55,396 nt of DNA from Victivallaceae bacterium (GTDB lineage Bacteria > Verrucomicrobiota > Lentisphaeria > Victivallales > Victivallaceae). Shown here one piece after another: positions 32,540 to 43,269 of the stretch. The translations under genes and the position numbers were made by a program. The notes under the pieces were generated by a model. That model was not told the DNA's origin, did no database searches, and saw nothing but the letters and a program-made list of their open reading frames with translations. How positions within the stretch are numbered: the stretch's first letter is position 1; every line of letters begins with the position of its first letter. The stretch covers positions 1-55,396 of the forward strand of contig JAZOSO010000129.1 in assembly GCA_045657185.1 (NCBI GenBank). Reading direction: 5' to 3'.

Positions 32540-35158
32540 ATGAGCGAAACACAGCTTCGGGATATTCCGGTAAGCATTGATGATATCATGCATACCGCTT
32601 ACCTCCAGTACTCCCTCTCTGTCAACGTCGGACGCGCCATTCCCGACGTCCGCGACGGTCTCAAACCCGTTAACCGCCGAATTCTCTACGCCATGCGCCA
32701 GCTCGGTTTGACAAAAAGTCACTCCTATATGAAAAGTGCGCGTGTCGTCGGTGAAGTAATGGGTAAATACCACCCCCACGGCGACACCAGCGTTTATGAC
32801 GCCATGGTCCGTCTGGCTCAGGACTTCTCAATGCGTGCAGTTCTGGTTGACGGTCAGGGTAACTTCGGTTCAATCGACGGCGATAAAGCAGCTGCTTACC
32901 GTTATACTGAATGCCGTATGGAAAAACTTGCCGAAGAACTGCTCGCTGACATTGATAAAGACACCGTTGACATGATGCCGACATTTGACGAATCAAGTCT
33001 TGAACCTGAAGTTCTCCCCGCCCGTTATCCTCAGCTGCTCGTCAACGGCACCACCGGTATCGGTGTCGGTATGGCTACCACCATTCCGCCGCACAATCTC
33101 GGTGAAGTCATTGATGCAACTGTCGCTTTGCTGGACAATCCGCAGGCAACTGTTGACGAACTTATGCAGTATCTCCCCGGTCCCGACTTCCCGACCGGAG
33201 CAATTATCCGCGGCAGAGCCTCTCTCCGCCGTTTCTACGCCACCGGCCGCGGCAGCATCAAAGTCCGCGCCAAAGCCGATATCGTTGAAACAAACGGCAG
33301 AGAACGCATTATCATTACCGAAATCCCCTTTATGGTCAATAAAGAGGAAATGGTCAAAAAAATCGCCGATTTGGTCAATGATAAAAAAATCGTCGGCATC
33401 TCCGGGCTCCGCGATGAATCCAGTAAACGTACCGGCATCCGCATTGTCATTGATATCAAACAGAATGCAATGGCTCATGTTATTTTAAATCAGCTTTATA
33501 CTCATACTTCACTTGAAACAGGATACGGCGCAATCATGCTGGTCGTTGACCACAACCGCCCCCGTATTATGAACCTCGTTCAAGTCCTTGAAGCATACCT
33601 CGACCACCGTATGGAAGTCGTTATCCGCCGCGCCCGCTTTGACCTGAAAAAAGCCGAAGCACGCGCCCATATCCTCGAAGGTTTCCTCAAGGCTCTTGCC
33701 AACATTGATGAAGTTGTTAAAATCATCCGTGAATCCCATACAAAACAGGATGCGGCAGATGCTCTTATTGAGCGTTTCTCTTTCACCCGTGTTCAGGTTG
33801 CCGCAATCCTTGAAATGCGCCTCCATCAGCTGACAGGACTCTCAGCAGAGGAACTGAACGCTGAATATGAAGAAAAACTTGCAACAATCAAATACCTCAA
33901 TGACCTCCTTGCTTCCCGTGAAATGCGCCTCGGCGTCATCCGTGAAGACTTGCTGGATATCAAAGCCAAATACGCAGATCCCCGCCGTTCAGAAATCACT
34001 CTTGACGACGCCGACCTCAATGTTGCCGACCTCATTCCCCGCCACAGCTGCGTTATCACTGTTTCCAATACAGGTTATATCAAACGCGTTCCCGCTGACA
34101 CTTACAAAACTCAACACCGCGGCGGCAAAGGCATTATCGGCATGAAGACCAAAGAAGCCGACTATGTTGAACACCTCTTCAACGCCGACAGCCACGATCT
34201 GATATTCTTCTTCACCGACAGAGGCTTCATGTACTGGCTCAATGTCTATGAAATTCCCGAAGGCAGCAGAACCGGAAACGGCAAAGCTATCGTCAACATG
34301 ATCAAAGTCATGCCCGGCGAAAAAATTTGCGCCATGCTCACCGTCAAAAAAGAAGATTTTGAAGACCCGAATAAATTTATCGTTATGGCTTCACGCCTCG
34401 GTTATATCAAAAAGACTTCACTCTCTCTCTTTAAAAATCTCCGCCGCACCGGTCTCCGCGCTCTCGTCATTGAAGAAAACGACGACCTCATCGGCGCAGC
34501 TGTCAGTTCCAACGGCGATGAAGTTATCCTCTCAACCCGCAAAGGTATGGCTTGCCGCTTTGACCAGACCGATGAACAAATCCGTCCCATGGGCCGTACC
34601 GCCCGCGGCGTAACCGGTATGCGTTTCAAACTTGACGATGACGATATTGTCAGTATGGAAATCATCCACGAACACGTTGAAGATGCTGAAATTGACGAAA
34701 ACGAAGAAGTTTCTGAAAACGACGAAGCTCCCGTCACCGGCAGCGGCCCGCAAGTCCTCGTCATTACTGACGGCGGTATGGGTAAACGCTCATTCGTTTC
34801 AACTTACCGCAAAACCAACCGCGGTGCCAAAGGCGTCGTAAGCATCCGTCTCAAAGAAAACGAATCCGTCGTCTCCGCAATCCAGATTGCTGACGATGAC
34901 GAACTCCTCATGACTACTGAATGCGGTCAGCTCGTCCGTATTCCCGCCAATGAAGTCCGTACCGTCGGCCGTGCATCCAAAGGCGTCCGCATCATGAATC
35001 TCAATGCCAACGACCGTATCACCGGCGTTGCAAAATTCAAAGAAGTTGAAGGTGAAAAATCTCAGGAAAATTCTGAAACTTCTGAAAATGCAGGCGATGC
35101 CGAAATCACTCCCGATGTTGAAATCGTTCCCGAAGAAAATACAACTTCTCAGGAGTAA
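32540..35158 (+). CDS. gyrA: DNA gyrase subunit A
   Basis: 872 aa. [20 protein letters not shown], the [19 protein letters not shown] (QRDR) region and the active-site segment [11 protein letters not shown] are present. An acidic C-terminal tail follows. Confidence 0.97.
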   Translation: MSETQLRDIPVSIDDIMHTAYLQYSLSVNVGRAIPDVRDGLKPVNRRILYAMRQLGLTKSHSYMKSARVVGEVMGKYHPHGDTSVYDAMVRLAQDFSMRAVLVDGQGNFGSIDGDKAAAYRYTECRMEKLAEELLADIDKDTVDMMPTFDESSLEPEVLPARYPQLLVNGTTGIGVGMATTIPPHNLGEVIDATVALLDNPQATVDELMQYLPGPDFPTGAIIRGRASLRRFYATGRGSIKVRAKADIVETNGRERIIITEIPFMVNKEEMVKKIADLVNDKKIVGISGLRDESSKRTGIRIVIDIKQNAMAHVILNQLYTHTSLETGYGAIMLVVDHNRPRIMNLVQVLEAYLDHRMEVVIRRARFDLKKAEARAHILEGFLKALANIDEVVKIIRESHTKQDAADALIERFSFTRVQVAAILEMRLHQLTGLSAEELNAEYEEKLATIKYLNDLLASREMRLGVIREDLLDIKAKYADPRRSEITLDDADLNVADLIPRHSCVITVSNTGYIKRVPADTYKTQHRGGKGIIGMKTKEADYVEHLFNADSHDLIFFFTDRGFMYWLNVYEIPEGSRTGNGKAIVNMIKVMPGEKICAMLTVKKEDFEDPNKFIVMASRLGYIKKTSLSLFKNLRRTGLRALVIEENDDLIGAAVSSNGDEVILSTRKGMACRFDQTDEQIRPMGRTARGVTGMRFKLDDDDIVSMEIIHEHVEDAEIDENEEVSENDEAPVTGSGPQVLVITDGGMGKRSFVSTYRKTNRGAKGVVSIRLKENESVVSAIQIADDDELLMTTECGQLVRIPANEVRTVGRASKGVRIMNLNANDRITGVAKFKEVEGEKSQENSETSENAGDAEITPDVEIVPEENTTSQE

Positions 35159-35161
35159 TCC

Positions 35162-35986
35162 ATGACATCTCTCCATGACATGCTTGCGCAAAAGGACACT
35201 TTAAACGGTGTCCTTGTCATGGGAATTGTCAATACCGCTCCCGATTCATTCAGTGACGGCAGCGACGGACTTGACCCCGTTGACAAAGCCTTGCAACTTC
35301 TTGATGAGGGGGCTGATATTATTGATATCGGCGGAGAATCCACCCGTCCCGATGCGGATGAAATTCCCGTTGATATTGAAATCAAAAGAGTGCAGAATGT
35401 CCTTTTGCAGATAAAAAAACTCCGTCCTTCAGCCATTGTAAGTATTGATACACGCAAAAGTAAATGCGCTGCCGAAATGCTTAATTTCGGCGCAGATATC
35501 ATCAATGATGTAAGCGGGCTGACCTACTCGGAGGATATGGCGCAAATTACAGCTTCATTTAATGCCAATCTGATAATCATGCACTCCTGCGGCAAAGGAG
35601 TTTCAGCTCAACTTCATACCTACAATAACATTGCAGATGAAGTTTTCAACTTTCTGCTGCAGCAGAAAAATACAGCAATAAGTCACGGAGTCGCTCCGCA
35701 GAACATTGCCGTTGACCCCGGTTTGGGGTTCTCAAAAAATACCGATGAAAATTGCATCATGCTGAAAAACACCGGCAAATTCTCCGAAATCGCGCCTGTT
35801 CTCATCGGCTGTTCCCGCAAGCGTTTTGTCCGTGAACTCGGTGAAGTAAATGAAATTGCCGATTCTGATACTTACAGTGCTTATGTAGGAGCGTTATCCG
35901 TACTTGAAGGGGCAAAAATTCTGCGGGTACACAATGTCAGAGAAACCGTTAAATTTTTAAACATTATGAATAAAATAAGGAGTTGA
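35162..35986 (+). CDS. folP: dihydropteroate synthase
   Basis: 274 aa with the motifs GIVNTAPDSFSDG, IIDIGGESTRP and DPGLGFSK. Confidence 0.92.
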   Translation: MTSLHDMLAQKDTLNGVLVMGIVNTAPDSFSDGSDGLDPVDKALQLLDEGADIIDIGGESTRPDADEIPVDIEIKRVQNVLLQIKKLRPSAIVSIDTRKSKCAAEMLNFGADIINDVSGLTYSEDMAQITASFNANLIIMHSCGKGVSAQLHTYNNIADEVFNFLLQQKNTAISHGVAPQNIAVDPGLGFSKNTDENCIMLKNTGKFSEIAPVLIGCSRKRFVRELGEVNEIADSDTYSAYVGALSVLEGAKILRVHNVRETVKFLNIMNKIRS

Positions 35987-35990
35987 TGAT

Positions 35991-36797
35991 ATGTTTTTAC
36001 AAAGTTTGTCCAATTTATACAGTACGATCACTCCGCTGCTTGAAATTATGACTATCACAATATTTATTTATTGTATATTATATTATCTGCGCCGTACAAG
36101 AGCAGTTTTCGTGCTTTCCGGCATGATATTAATGCTGGTTGTGACAATTCTGCTTTTCCGGCTACTCAATTTTTCAACTCTGTCAAGCCTTTTGAGCGAA
36201 CTATGGCTTGTGCTTCCCGTTGCATCCATAGTTATTTTTCAATCGGAAATACGGCAGGGATTTGCAAAAATCGGTACTTCTCTTTTTATCTTCAAAGGTC
36301 AGCAAAAAGAAACAATTCACGAACTTGTTGAAGCCAGCTGCGCCATGGCTGATGAAAGATGCGGAGCAATCATGGTGATTGAAGGAAAAATGCAAATGCA
36401 CTCCATCTGCAACGATGCAATTCCGCTTGACAATCCGGTTCAGGCGATTGTCCTTGAATCAATATTCTTTCCCAAAGCCCCGCTGCATGACGGCGCAGTT
36501 ATTATCCGTGACGGCCGCATTGTTGCCGCCCGTGCAATTCTGCCGCTCGGTAATAATGAAAATATTTCAAAACGCTGGGGAACCCGCCACCGTGCGGCAA
36601 TCGGTATTACCGAGGAGAGTGACGCCATTGCTCTGGTTATTTCTGAAGAAACAGGCAGCATAAGTATTGCCGCCAGAGGCTTTATGTGGAAAAACATTCC
36701 GCAATATAAACTTTATGATGTACTCAATGAACTTCTGCTAAAAAAGAGCAGTAATAACGATATCAGCAAAATTTTGGAGAATACTGAAAAATGTTAA
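35991..36797 (+). CDS. cdaA: diadenylate cyclase CdaA (DisA_N domain, membrane-anchored)
   Basis: 268 aa with three N-terminal TM helices, then DGAVIIRDGRI and GTRHRAAIGITEESDAIALVISEETGSISIA. Confidence 0.92.
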   Translation: MFLQSLSNLYSTITPLLEIMTITIFIYCILYYLRRTRAVFVLSGMILMLVVTILLFRLLNFSTLSSLLSELWLVLPVASIVIFQSEIRQGFAKIGTSLFIFKGQQKETIHELVEASCAMADERCGAIMVIEGKMQMHSICNDAIPLDNPVQAIVLESIFFPKAPLHDGAVIIRDGRIVAARAILPLGNNENISKRWGTRHRAAIGITEESDAIALVISEETGSISIAARGFMWKNIPQYKLYDVLNELLLKKSSNNDISKILENTEKC

Positions 36798-37735
36798 AAA
36801 AAATCTGGAAACAACTGCGTTCGGACTGGGTTCGTGTGCTTATGGCTTTCGTTCTCGGTTGTCTTATCTATCTTTTGCATTCAAATGTATTTTCATCATC
36901 AGTAGAAAGTAAAGAATTCTCCGATATCACCGTAGAATTGGAATACCCCAACAATATCACCAATCTGGATGACAATAAACCTGTTGCTTCCGTAACGCTT
37001 GAAGGAACTCCGTACCGCATCAAAAAACTGACTGCAGAAAAAATCAAAATTAAAGCAGCCGTTGAACCGGCTCATTTGAAAAGCAAAGTGATAGAACTTA
37101 CCGAAAAAAATATAGAAGTTCCGTTCGGAATACGCATAAAAAGTATCAATCCCAAACGCATACCTGTCTATTTTGACATAACTGAAAGTAAAAAAGTCAA
37201 AGTTACTCCTGTTTTTGATTCAATAAAAAACCTTTCAGAAAACTACTATATTGCCAAAACAAAAATCATTCCTCAGGAAGTGATGATATCAGGTCCGCTG
37301 TCAAAGATAAAACACATCAGCGAAGTCCGTACCGCCCCTATTCCGCTTGACAGCACCATTCAGGACAATTTCAAATATGTTGCAAATATAGAATCAATTA
37401 CAGACGCTGCAGTACTTCCGTCAAAAGTGAATTGTGAAGTAATAATAGCCCGCAATTTCAGCAAACGCATTATCACAAAAGTTCCGGTTCGTATGCTCAT
37501 TCAAAAAAATACCAATTTTAAATTCACACTCAATCCGGCAACTGTTGATATTGAAATATCCGGTCCGGCAAGAATTATTCACTTCCTGAATGTAAATGAT
37601 TTTGATACTTTTGTCAATGCAGACAATATTACCAAACCGGGAGAGTATGTTCTTAATATCCGCTGTGTTCCGCGCTCAAAAGATATACAAGTCGTATCCG
37701 TCACACCTATTCAACTGACATTAAACGCCCGCTGA
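36791..37735 (+). CDS. cdaR: YbbR-domain protein (CdaA regulator CdaR-like)
   Basis: 314 aa with an N-terminal TM anchor. It overlaps the cdaA end by 7 nt. The repetitive beta-rich sequence and conserved position after cdaA fit CdaR. Confidence 0.75.
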   Translation: MLKKIWKQLRSDWVRVLMAFVLGCLIYLLHSNVFSSSVESKEFSDITVELEYPNNITNLDDNKPVASVTLEGTPYRIKKLTAEKIKIKAAVEPAHLKSKVIELTEKNIEVPFGIRIKSINPKRIPVYFDITESKKVKVTPVFDSIKNLSENYYIAKTKIIPQEVMISGPLSKIKHISEVRTAPIPLDSTIQDNFKYVANIESITDAAVLPSKVNCEVIIARNFSKRIITKVPVRMLIQKNTNFKFTLNPATVDIEISGPARIIHFLNVNDFDTFVNADNITKPGEYVLNIRCVPRSKDIQVVSVTPIQLTLNAR

Positions 37736-37738
37736 TTT

Positions 37739-38407
37739 TCAATGCCGTGTAAAAACAAACGGAGACTCTGAACTTATAACATCAAGTCTTTTCAGAAATT
37801 CTCCTATCATCTCCTCCTGTTCATACGGAGAACGCTCTTCCGGAGCATAAAAAATTTTGTCTATCATAACATTGAAACCGACATATTGAGCGACTCCGCG
37901 ATGTATCGGATAAAGTATTTCATAAATATCTCCATGCCGTCTGCCCGGACCGAAATTGTCCTCATCCATATCTGAAACAATAGAAAAAAGCGTGCTTTTG
38001 CCGCGAAAAAATCCGTTTTCGTAAATGTTAATCCCACCGTAAATCCTGCCGTTGGCAAAATTTTTATCAATATATCCCTTAAGTACGGCAGGCATGGAAA
38101 AGTTGCGGAGCGGGAATTGCCAAAGCAGGAAATCACAGTTCTCAAGTTTGACGATTTCTCTTTCTATATCAGGATGAAATGTTTTCTTTTTTGATGCTAT
38201 GCGTTCTTCTTTTTTCTGAGCGAAAAAGCCATCATCCACACATTCTGTGAAATTACTGCGGTCAGATACCGGATTAAAATTATCCGTAGTAAGTACTGTA
38301 GTATCAACAGTATAGCCTTTTTGCTTAAAAAATTCTTTCTCCCTGAGAAAAAGACGGTGATTGAAACTGTTTTTGTCATCATAATAATGAAGAATAAAGA
38401 CTCTCAT
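37739..38407 (-). CDS. flavodoxin-like-fold NAD(P)H dehydrogenase (quinone) family protein
   Basis: The ATG at 38407 follows an AGGAGGA RBS; the track ORF extends upstream. MRVFILHYYDDKNSFNHRL...FNPV matches the Flavodoxin_2 / NQO-type N-terminus. Confidence 0.8.
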   Translation of the reverse strand: MRVFILHYYDDKNSFNHRLFLREKEFFKQKGYTVDTTVLTTDNFNPVSDRSNFTECVDDGFFAQKKEERIASKKKTFHPDIEREIVKLENCDFLLWQFPLRNFSMPAVLKGYIDKNFANGRIYGGINIYENGFFRGKSTLFSIVSDMDEDNFGPGRRHGDIYEILYPIHRGVAQYVGFNVMIDKIFYAPEERSPYEQEEMIGEFLKRLDVISSESPFVFTRH

Positions 38408-38598
38408 AACTCCTCCTGAAAAATTCCGGATTAAAAACGAAGAGGAGTAGATATATGTTGAAAATATAAAGCCATTTAACAAAAAATCAAGCCCCGTATG
38501 ACAAATAAAAAATAATAACCCCTGTCATCCTCCGATACCTGACAATATCACTGAAATTATCAAAGCTCTTAAAACTCTCAGAAAAAAAGATTTTCCGC

Positions 38599-38626
38599 TT
38601 GAAATATTGTATAAAAATGATATATT
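38599..38626 (+). promoter_or_regulatory. possible sigma70 promoter for trpS
   Basis: TTGAAA (38599-38604), a 16-nt spacer, then TATATT (38621-38626). It lies about 70 nt upstream of the trpS ATG. Confidence 0.35.
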
Positions 38627-38699
38627 TCCGTATGTATTTTTTATAACGTGGCTATTTCAAAAAAGTTCTGAAATTACCACTAACAACAAGGAGATTATT

Positions 38700-39662
38700 A
38701 TGCGTATTTTAAGCGGCATTCAGCCGTCAGGAATTCCTCATATCGGCAACTATTTCGGCATGATGAAAAATGCTGTTGAACTGCAGAACAAAGGCGAAGC
38801 ATTTTTGTTTATTGCCGACTACCATTCACTTACGACCAATCCTGATGCAGAGACTTTGAGAAATAATGTCGTAAATCTGGCTCTTGATTTTCTCAGCTGC
38901 GGTCTTGATGTCAGCAAAACCGTTTTTTTCCGCCAGTCAGATGTTCCGCAAGTCACTGAACTTATGTGGATTCTCAATAATAACATCACTGTCGGGTTCC
39001 TTGAACGCGCACACAGTTACAAAGACAAAACTGCCAAAGGTTTTGTTCCCAACAACGGACTTTTCTCTTATCCTGTTCTGATGGCGGCAGACATTCTCCT
39101 TTATCAGTCCGAACTCGTCCCCGTCGGCAAAGACCAGAAGCAGCATTTGGAAATCACACGCGACCTCGCAATCCGTTTCAACAATACATATGGCGATATC
39201 TTCACCATTCCCGAAGGTTTCATTCCTGAAACTTCCGCAGTTGTACCCGGTACTGACGGTCAGAAAATGTCAAAATCTTACAACAACACTATTCCGATTT
39301 TCGGCAATCCCAAAGCTCAGCGCAAAACTATTATGAGCATCGTCTCCGACTCTACCCCGATGGAAGATCCCAAAGATCCTGATAAATGCAATGTTTTCGC
39401 ACTCTACAAACTTTTTGCAACTCCTGAAGAAATAGAGGAAATGGCAGCACGCTACCGCGCCGGAAATTACGGCTACGGTCACGCAAAACAGGCTCTTTTT
39501 GAAAAAATGCAGCAGTATTTTGCTCCTATGCAGGAACGCCGCAACGAACTTGCCAAAGACCTCGACACCGTTTGGGATATCCTCCGTGACGGAGCAAAAC
39601 GCGCTTCTCAGGAAGCTGACAAAACTATGGAAAAAGTTCGTTCCGCAGTCGGATTGCGCTGA
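38700..39662 (+). CDS. trpS: tryptophan--tRNA ligase
   Basis: The ATG at 38700 follows an AAGGAG RBS. The protein begins MRILSGIQPSGIPHIGNYFG (HIGH-type motif) and contains KMSKS. Confidence 0.95.
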   Translation: MRILSGIQPSGIPHIGNYFGMMKNAVELQNKGEAFLFIADYHSLTTNPDAETLRNNVVNLALDFLSCGLDVSKTVFFRQSDVPQVTELMWILNNNITVGFLERAHSYKDKTAKGFVPNNGLFSYPVLMAADILLYQSELVPVGKDQKQHLEITRDLAIRFNNTYGDIFTIPEGFIPETSAVVPGTDGQKMSKSYNNTIPIFGNPKAQRKTIMSIVSDSTPMEDPKDPDKCNVFALYKLFATPEEIEEMAARYRAGNYGYGHAKQALFEKMQQYFAPMQERRNELAKDLDTVWDILRDGAKRASQEADKTMEKVRSAVGLR

Positions 39663-39679
39663 TAACAAAGGATTTAAAA

Positions 39680-41101
39680 ATGAAAGATTCACTCAAACAA
39701 ACTTTAAACTCCTACAATCAGCAGCAGCTTTTACGTTTTGAAGCAACTGCAACTTGTGAAGAGAACGCCGCTCTTGAAGCCGAACTTGAGAAAATAAATT
39801 TCGCCCATCTGGACAAACTTATCAAAGATTATGTCCTCAAAAAACCGGAAATCTCCATTCCGTCCGACCTTCAGCCCGCACCCTATTTCCCGCTTGTTCC
39901 TGCCGATGCTGAACAGCAGAAACTCTATCTCGATGCAGAAAATTACGGCAAAAAACTTATCTCTGACGGCAAAGTTGCCTGCCTCATCGTTGCAGGCGGT
40001 CAGGGAACGCGTCTCGGTTATGACGGTCCCAAAGGAACTTATCCCATAGGTCCTGTTTCCGGCCGCTCTCTTTTTGAATATTTTGCTCTCTCAATCCGCC
40101 GCAATGAAATCAAATACAATACTGAAATTTCCTGGTATGTAATGACCAGTCTGCTCAATAATAAGCAGACAATTGACTTTTTTGAAGAAAACAAATACTT
40201 CGGACTGAACAAAGAGCAAGTCTTCTTTTTCGTTCAAGGCACTATGCCGGCAGTCGGTTATGACGGCAAACTTCTGATGAATTCAAAATCAAGTCTCTGC
40301 CTCTCCCCCGACGGTCACGGCGGCACTCTGCTTGCACTCAAAAAATCCGGTGCTCTGGATGATATGAAATCCAAAGGCATTGAATATCTCTCATATTTTC
40401 AGGTTGACAATCCGCTTGTCCCTGTTCTTTCACCGCGTTTCATAGGTCTGCATGCGCTGGAAAAATCAGATATGTCCGCTATCATGCTTGCCAAAACAAA
40501 TGCATTTGAAAAACTCGGCAACTTTTGCATCGCCGACGGCAAACTGCAAATCATTGAATACAGCGACCTCCCCGATGACCTCGCACAGAGTGTTGATGAA
40601 AAAGGCAAGCTCCGCTTCATTGCCGGCAGTCCGGCAATCCATGTCATTTCCCGTGAATTTATTGAAAAACTCACTTTTGACGGAACTTTGTCTCTGCCGG
40701 CTCACCGTGCTGACAAAAAAGTTCCCTGCCTTGACGAAAACGGCAATCAGATAAAACCTGAAACACCCAATGCTGTCAAACTGGAAACCTTTATCTTTGA
40801 CGCATTACAGCTTGCTGACAAAACTATGGTGCTTGAAGGCGACCGCAAAGAAGTTTTCGGACCGACCAAAAACGCCACCGGTGTTGACTCCGCAGAAAGC
40901 TGCCGTGAGATGCTTATTGCCCGCGACTGCCGCCGTCTGGAAGCCGCAGGAGTCAAAATCCCCCGCAAAGCTGACGGCACTCCCGATTGCAAAGTTGAAA
41001 TATCTCCTCTGATTGCAGTCGATGATGAAGATGTCATACAGTATGTCAAAGCAAACAATATTACTGAAATTGAAAACTCAAGCAGCAAGGTACTGAACTG
41101 A
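39680..41101 (+). CDS. UDPGP-family (UAP1-like) UDP-sugar / UDP-N-acetylhexosamine pyrophosphorylase
   Basis: 473 aa. LIVAGGQGTRLGYDGPKGTYPIG is the UDPGP nucleotide-binding signature. YFQVDNPL and SPDGHGG are also present. Confidence 0.85.
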   Translation: MKDSLKQTLNSYNQQQLLRFEATATCEENAALEAELEKINFAHLDKLIKDYVLKKPEISIPSDLQPAPYFPLVPADAEQQKLYLDAENYGKKLISDGKVACLIVAGGQGTRLGYDGPKGTYPIGPVSGRSLFEYFALSIRRNEIKYNTEISWYVMTSLLNNKQTIDFFEENKYFGLNKEQVFFFVQGTMPAVGYDGKLLMNSKSSLCLSPDGHGGTLLALKKSGALDDMKSKGIEYLSYFQVDNPLVPVLSPRFIGLHALEKSDMSAIMLAKTNAFEKLGNFCIADGKLQIIEYSDLPDDLAQSVDEKGKLRFIAGSPAIHVISREFIEKLTFDGTLSLPAHRADKKVPCLDENGNQIKPETPNAVKLETFIFDALQLADKTMVLEGDRKEVFGPTKNATGVDSAESCREMLIARDCRRLEAAGVKIPRKADGTPDCKVEISPLIAVDDEDVIQYVKANNITEIENSSSKVLN

Positions 41102-41102
41102 A

Positions 41103-42374
41103 ATGTTATTTCAATCCGAAAAAAATAATACAGAAGAAGAAAACATTCCTGTCAATTCCGCAATTTCGTGGAATTTCGGGGCGGGACGCTTTATATCTGA
41201 TGAAGAAAATTCATCAATCATTATCCGTTATGCGTGGATGCTGATTCTGACAACTGCTTTTTTGACTTTTTTCGGATTGACAATGATTTATTCAGCCTCC
41301 TACGGCAGTCAGGAAATGCGCTTTTTCAAAAGCCAGATATTTTGGATTCTTATCGGCATTTCCGGCGGCACTTTTTCATACTACATAGGATATAAAAAAC
41401 TTACGGAATGGAGTCCGTTTATGGTCATCGGCGTGCTGATACTGCTCGTTATTGCTCTTTTTTCAAAAGAAGTAAACGGTGCGCACCGCTGGATTTTCAT
41501 AAATCTGCCCGGCTTGAGCATGAGTATTCAGCCTTCCGAATTTGCCAAAGTCGTAATGGCTCTTTTTGTCGCAGGTTACTGTTCAAAAAATTTCCGTACG
41601 CTGCCATATTTATTCAACCGCAACGGGTTGGGAAAAATTTTCCTTATATCCGGAGTAGTACTCGGCAGTATTTTTGCCGGCGGGGATTGGGGAACGACAA
41701 TTCTTGTTGCCGCTATGATAGGATTTATTCTTTTAGCGGCTGGAATGCCGCTGAGATATATATTGCTGGCATTTATATTAGCGGGCGTACTCGGGATATA
41801 CGTTTACTATTTTGATGCTGAACGCCTGTCCCGTGCCATAACCTGGCTCAATCCGCAGGAATACAAGAAAAAAGACGGCTATCAGCTCTGGATGTCACTT
41901 ATGGCTCTCGGCTCCGGCGGCTGGACAGGAATGGGATTTCTCGGCAGTCGTCTCAAAGCAAAATACCTGCCTGAACAGCATACAGACTTCATTCTGTCAG
42001 TAGTCGGTGAAGAACTCGGATTTCTGACTGTACTTTTCGGGGTTATCGGCGGCTATGTGCTTCTGGTCTTTTCTGCATTAAAAATCAGTTTAAACGCCAA
42101 GAACCGCGGGTCTATGCTGCTCGGCTTCGGCATTACGACATTCATTGCTTTTCAGGCGATAATCAACATGATTGTCATTGCAGGACTGGGACCTACCAAA
42201 GGTATGCCTGCGCCATTCATAAGTTACGGCGGCAGCAATATGGTCGCCTGCATGACCTCTATCGGTATATTACTGTCAATCGCCTCAAGCTCAATAAATG
42301 AAGATTACAATTTGCCTTTCCTTGAAAAATGTAAAAAAATAAGTTCCAAACTTTTCCGTCGTAAATATGAATAA
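41103..42374 (+). CDS. FtsW/RodA/SpoVE family peptidoglycan glycosyltransferase
   Basis: 423-aa polytopic membrane protein with family motifs QPSEFAKV, EQHTDFI and PTKGMPAPFISYGGSN. Confidence 0.9.
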   Translation: MLFQSEKNNTEEENIPVNSAISWNFGAGRFISDEENSSIIIRYAWMLILTTAFLTFFGLTMIYSASYGSQEMRFFKSQIFWILIGISGGTFSYYIGYKKLTEWSPFMVIGVLILLVIALFSKEVNGAHRWIFINLPGLSMSIQPSEFAKVVMALFVAGYCSKNFRTLPYLFNRNGLGKIFLISGVVLGSIFAGGDWGTTILVAAMIGFILLAAGMPLRYILLAFILAGVLGIYVYYFDAERLSRAITWLNPQEYKKKDGYQLWMSLMALGSGGWTGMGFLGSRLKAKYLPEQHTDFILSVVGEELGFLTVLFGVIGGYVLLVFSALKISLNAKNRGSMLLGFGITTFIAFQAIINMIVIAGLGPTKGMPAPFISYGGSNMVACMTSIGILLSIASSSINEDYNLPFLEKCKKISSKLFRRKYE

Positions 42375-43260
42375 AAATCTGATACTGAAACAACGCGCAC
42401 GAATTTACCGTGCGATACGCAACTTTTTTGATGACCTTGATTTTACTGAAGTCACCACTCCGACTGCACTCAATGAAGCCGCCCCCGAAGAATTTATAGA
42501 GTCTATATTTTGCGAAAACGGCAAACTTCTCCGCTGCAGTCCGGAACTTGCCATGAAGCGTCTTATCGCCGACGGTATGGAAAAAATTTACCAGCTCGGC
42601 CCCTGTTTCCGAGCCGATGAATACGGCTCCAGGCACCGTGAAGAATTTACCATGCTTGAATACTACCAAGTCGGTATAAATTATATGCAGATGCTCAATC
42701 TGACAGCAGAAATGGTACGCGCAGCAGGACGGGCGATAAATCCTGATTTACAATTTACTTATAAGGATAAAATTTTTTCTCTTGCAGAAGAACCTGAAAT
42801 CATCACCGTTGCCGATGCTTTTCTGAAATACACTCAAAAAACTGCCGCTCAAGCAGACATTGACGGCGATTTTGATGAACTTATGGTCTGTAATATTGAA
42901 CCGAACCTCGGACGGGGAAGAATGACTTTTCTCATTGATTACCCTGCCAATCGTGCATCGCTCTCAAGATTGAAAAGCGATAACCCGTCAGTTGCAGAAC
43001 GCTTTGAATTGTACATTGAAGGAATGGAACTTGCCAACGCCTTCGGAGAACTCACCGACTGCGCCGTCCAGCAGGAAAGATTTAATGCCGCCCGCAAATT
43101 CCGTGCAGACAACAACATGCGTGACTATCCCCCCACTCCGAAATTTTTTGAAGCCTTACAAAAAATGCCTGACTGTTCCGGTTCCGCTCTCGGTGTTGAC
43201 CGATTGATTATGGTTCTTACTGCACAATCGGATATTTCAGAAGTTATTGTTGAAGACTGA
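42367..43260 (+). CDS. epmA: elongation factor P--(R)-beta-lysine ligase (EpmA/GenX/PoxA, truncated class II LysRS-like)
   Basis: 297 aa with class II aaRS core motifs (LGPCFRADEYGSRHREEFTMLEYY, GSALGVDRLIM) and no anticodon-binding domain. It overlaps the upstream gene by 8 nt. Confidence 0.82.
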   Translation: MNKNLILKQRARIYRAIRNFFDDLDFTEVTTPTALNEAAPEEFIESIFCENGKLLRCSPELAMKRLIADGMEKIYQLGPCFRADEYGSRHREEFTMLEYYQVGINYMQMLNLTAEMVRAAGRAINPDLQFTYKDKIFSLAEEPEIITVADAFLKYTQKTAAQADIDGDFDELMVCNIEPNLGRGRMTFLIDYPANRASLSRLKSDNPSVAERFELYIEGMELANAFGELTDCAVQQERFNAARKFRADNNMRDYPPTPKFFEALQKMPDCSGSALGVDRLIMVLTAQSDISEVIVED

Positions 43261-43269
43261 CTTATAAAC

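Noticed and set aside
34650-35158. Acidic low-complexity segments in gyrA ([18 protein letters not shown], and the C-terminal tail [19 protein letters not shown]...).
   Set aside because: Acidic C-terminal tails and lineage-specific insertions in the GyrA C-terminal domain are common. Nothing suggests a separate feature.
38408-38699. The 290-nt intergenic region upstream of trpS, considered as a T-box or Trp leader/attenuator.
   Set aside because: I found no specifier-loop / T-box (AAUUAGGGUGGUACCGCG-like) sequence, no Trp-rich leader peptide and no terminator/antiterminator pair. Only promoter-like hexamers are present.
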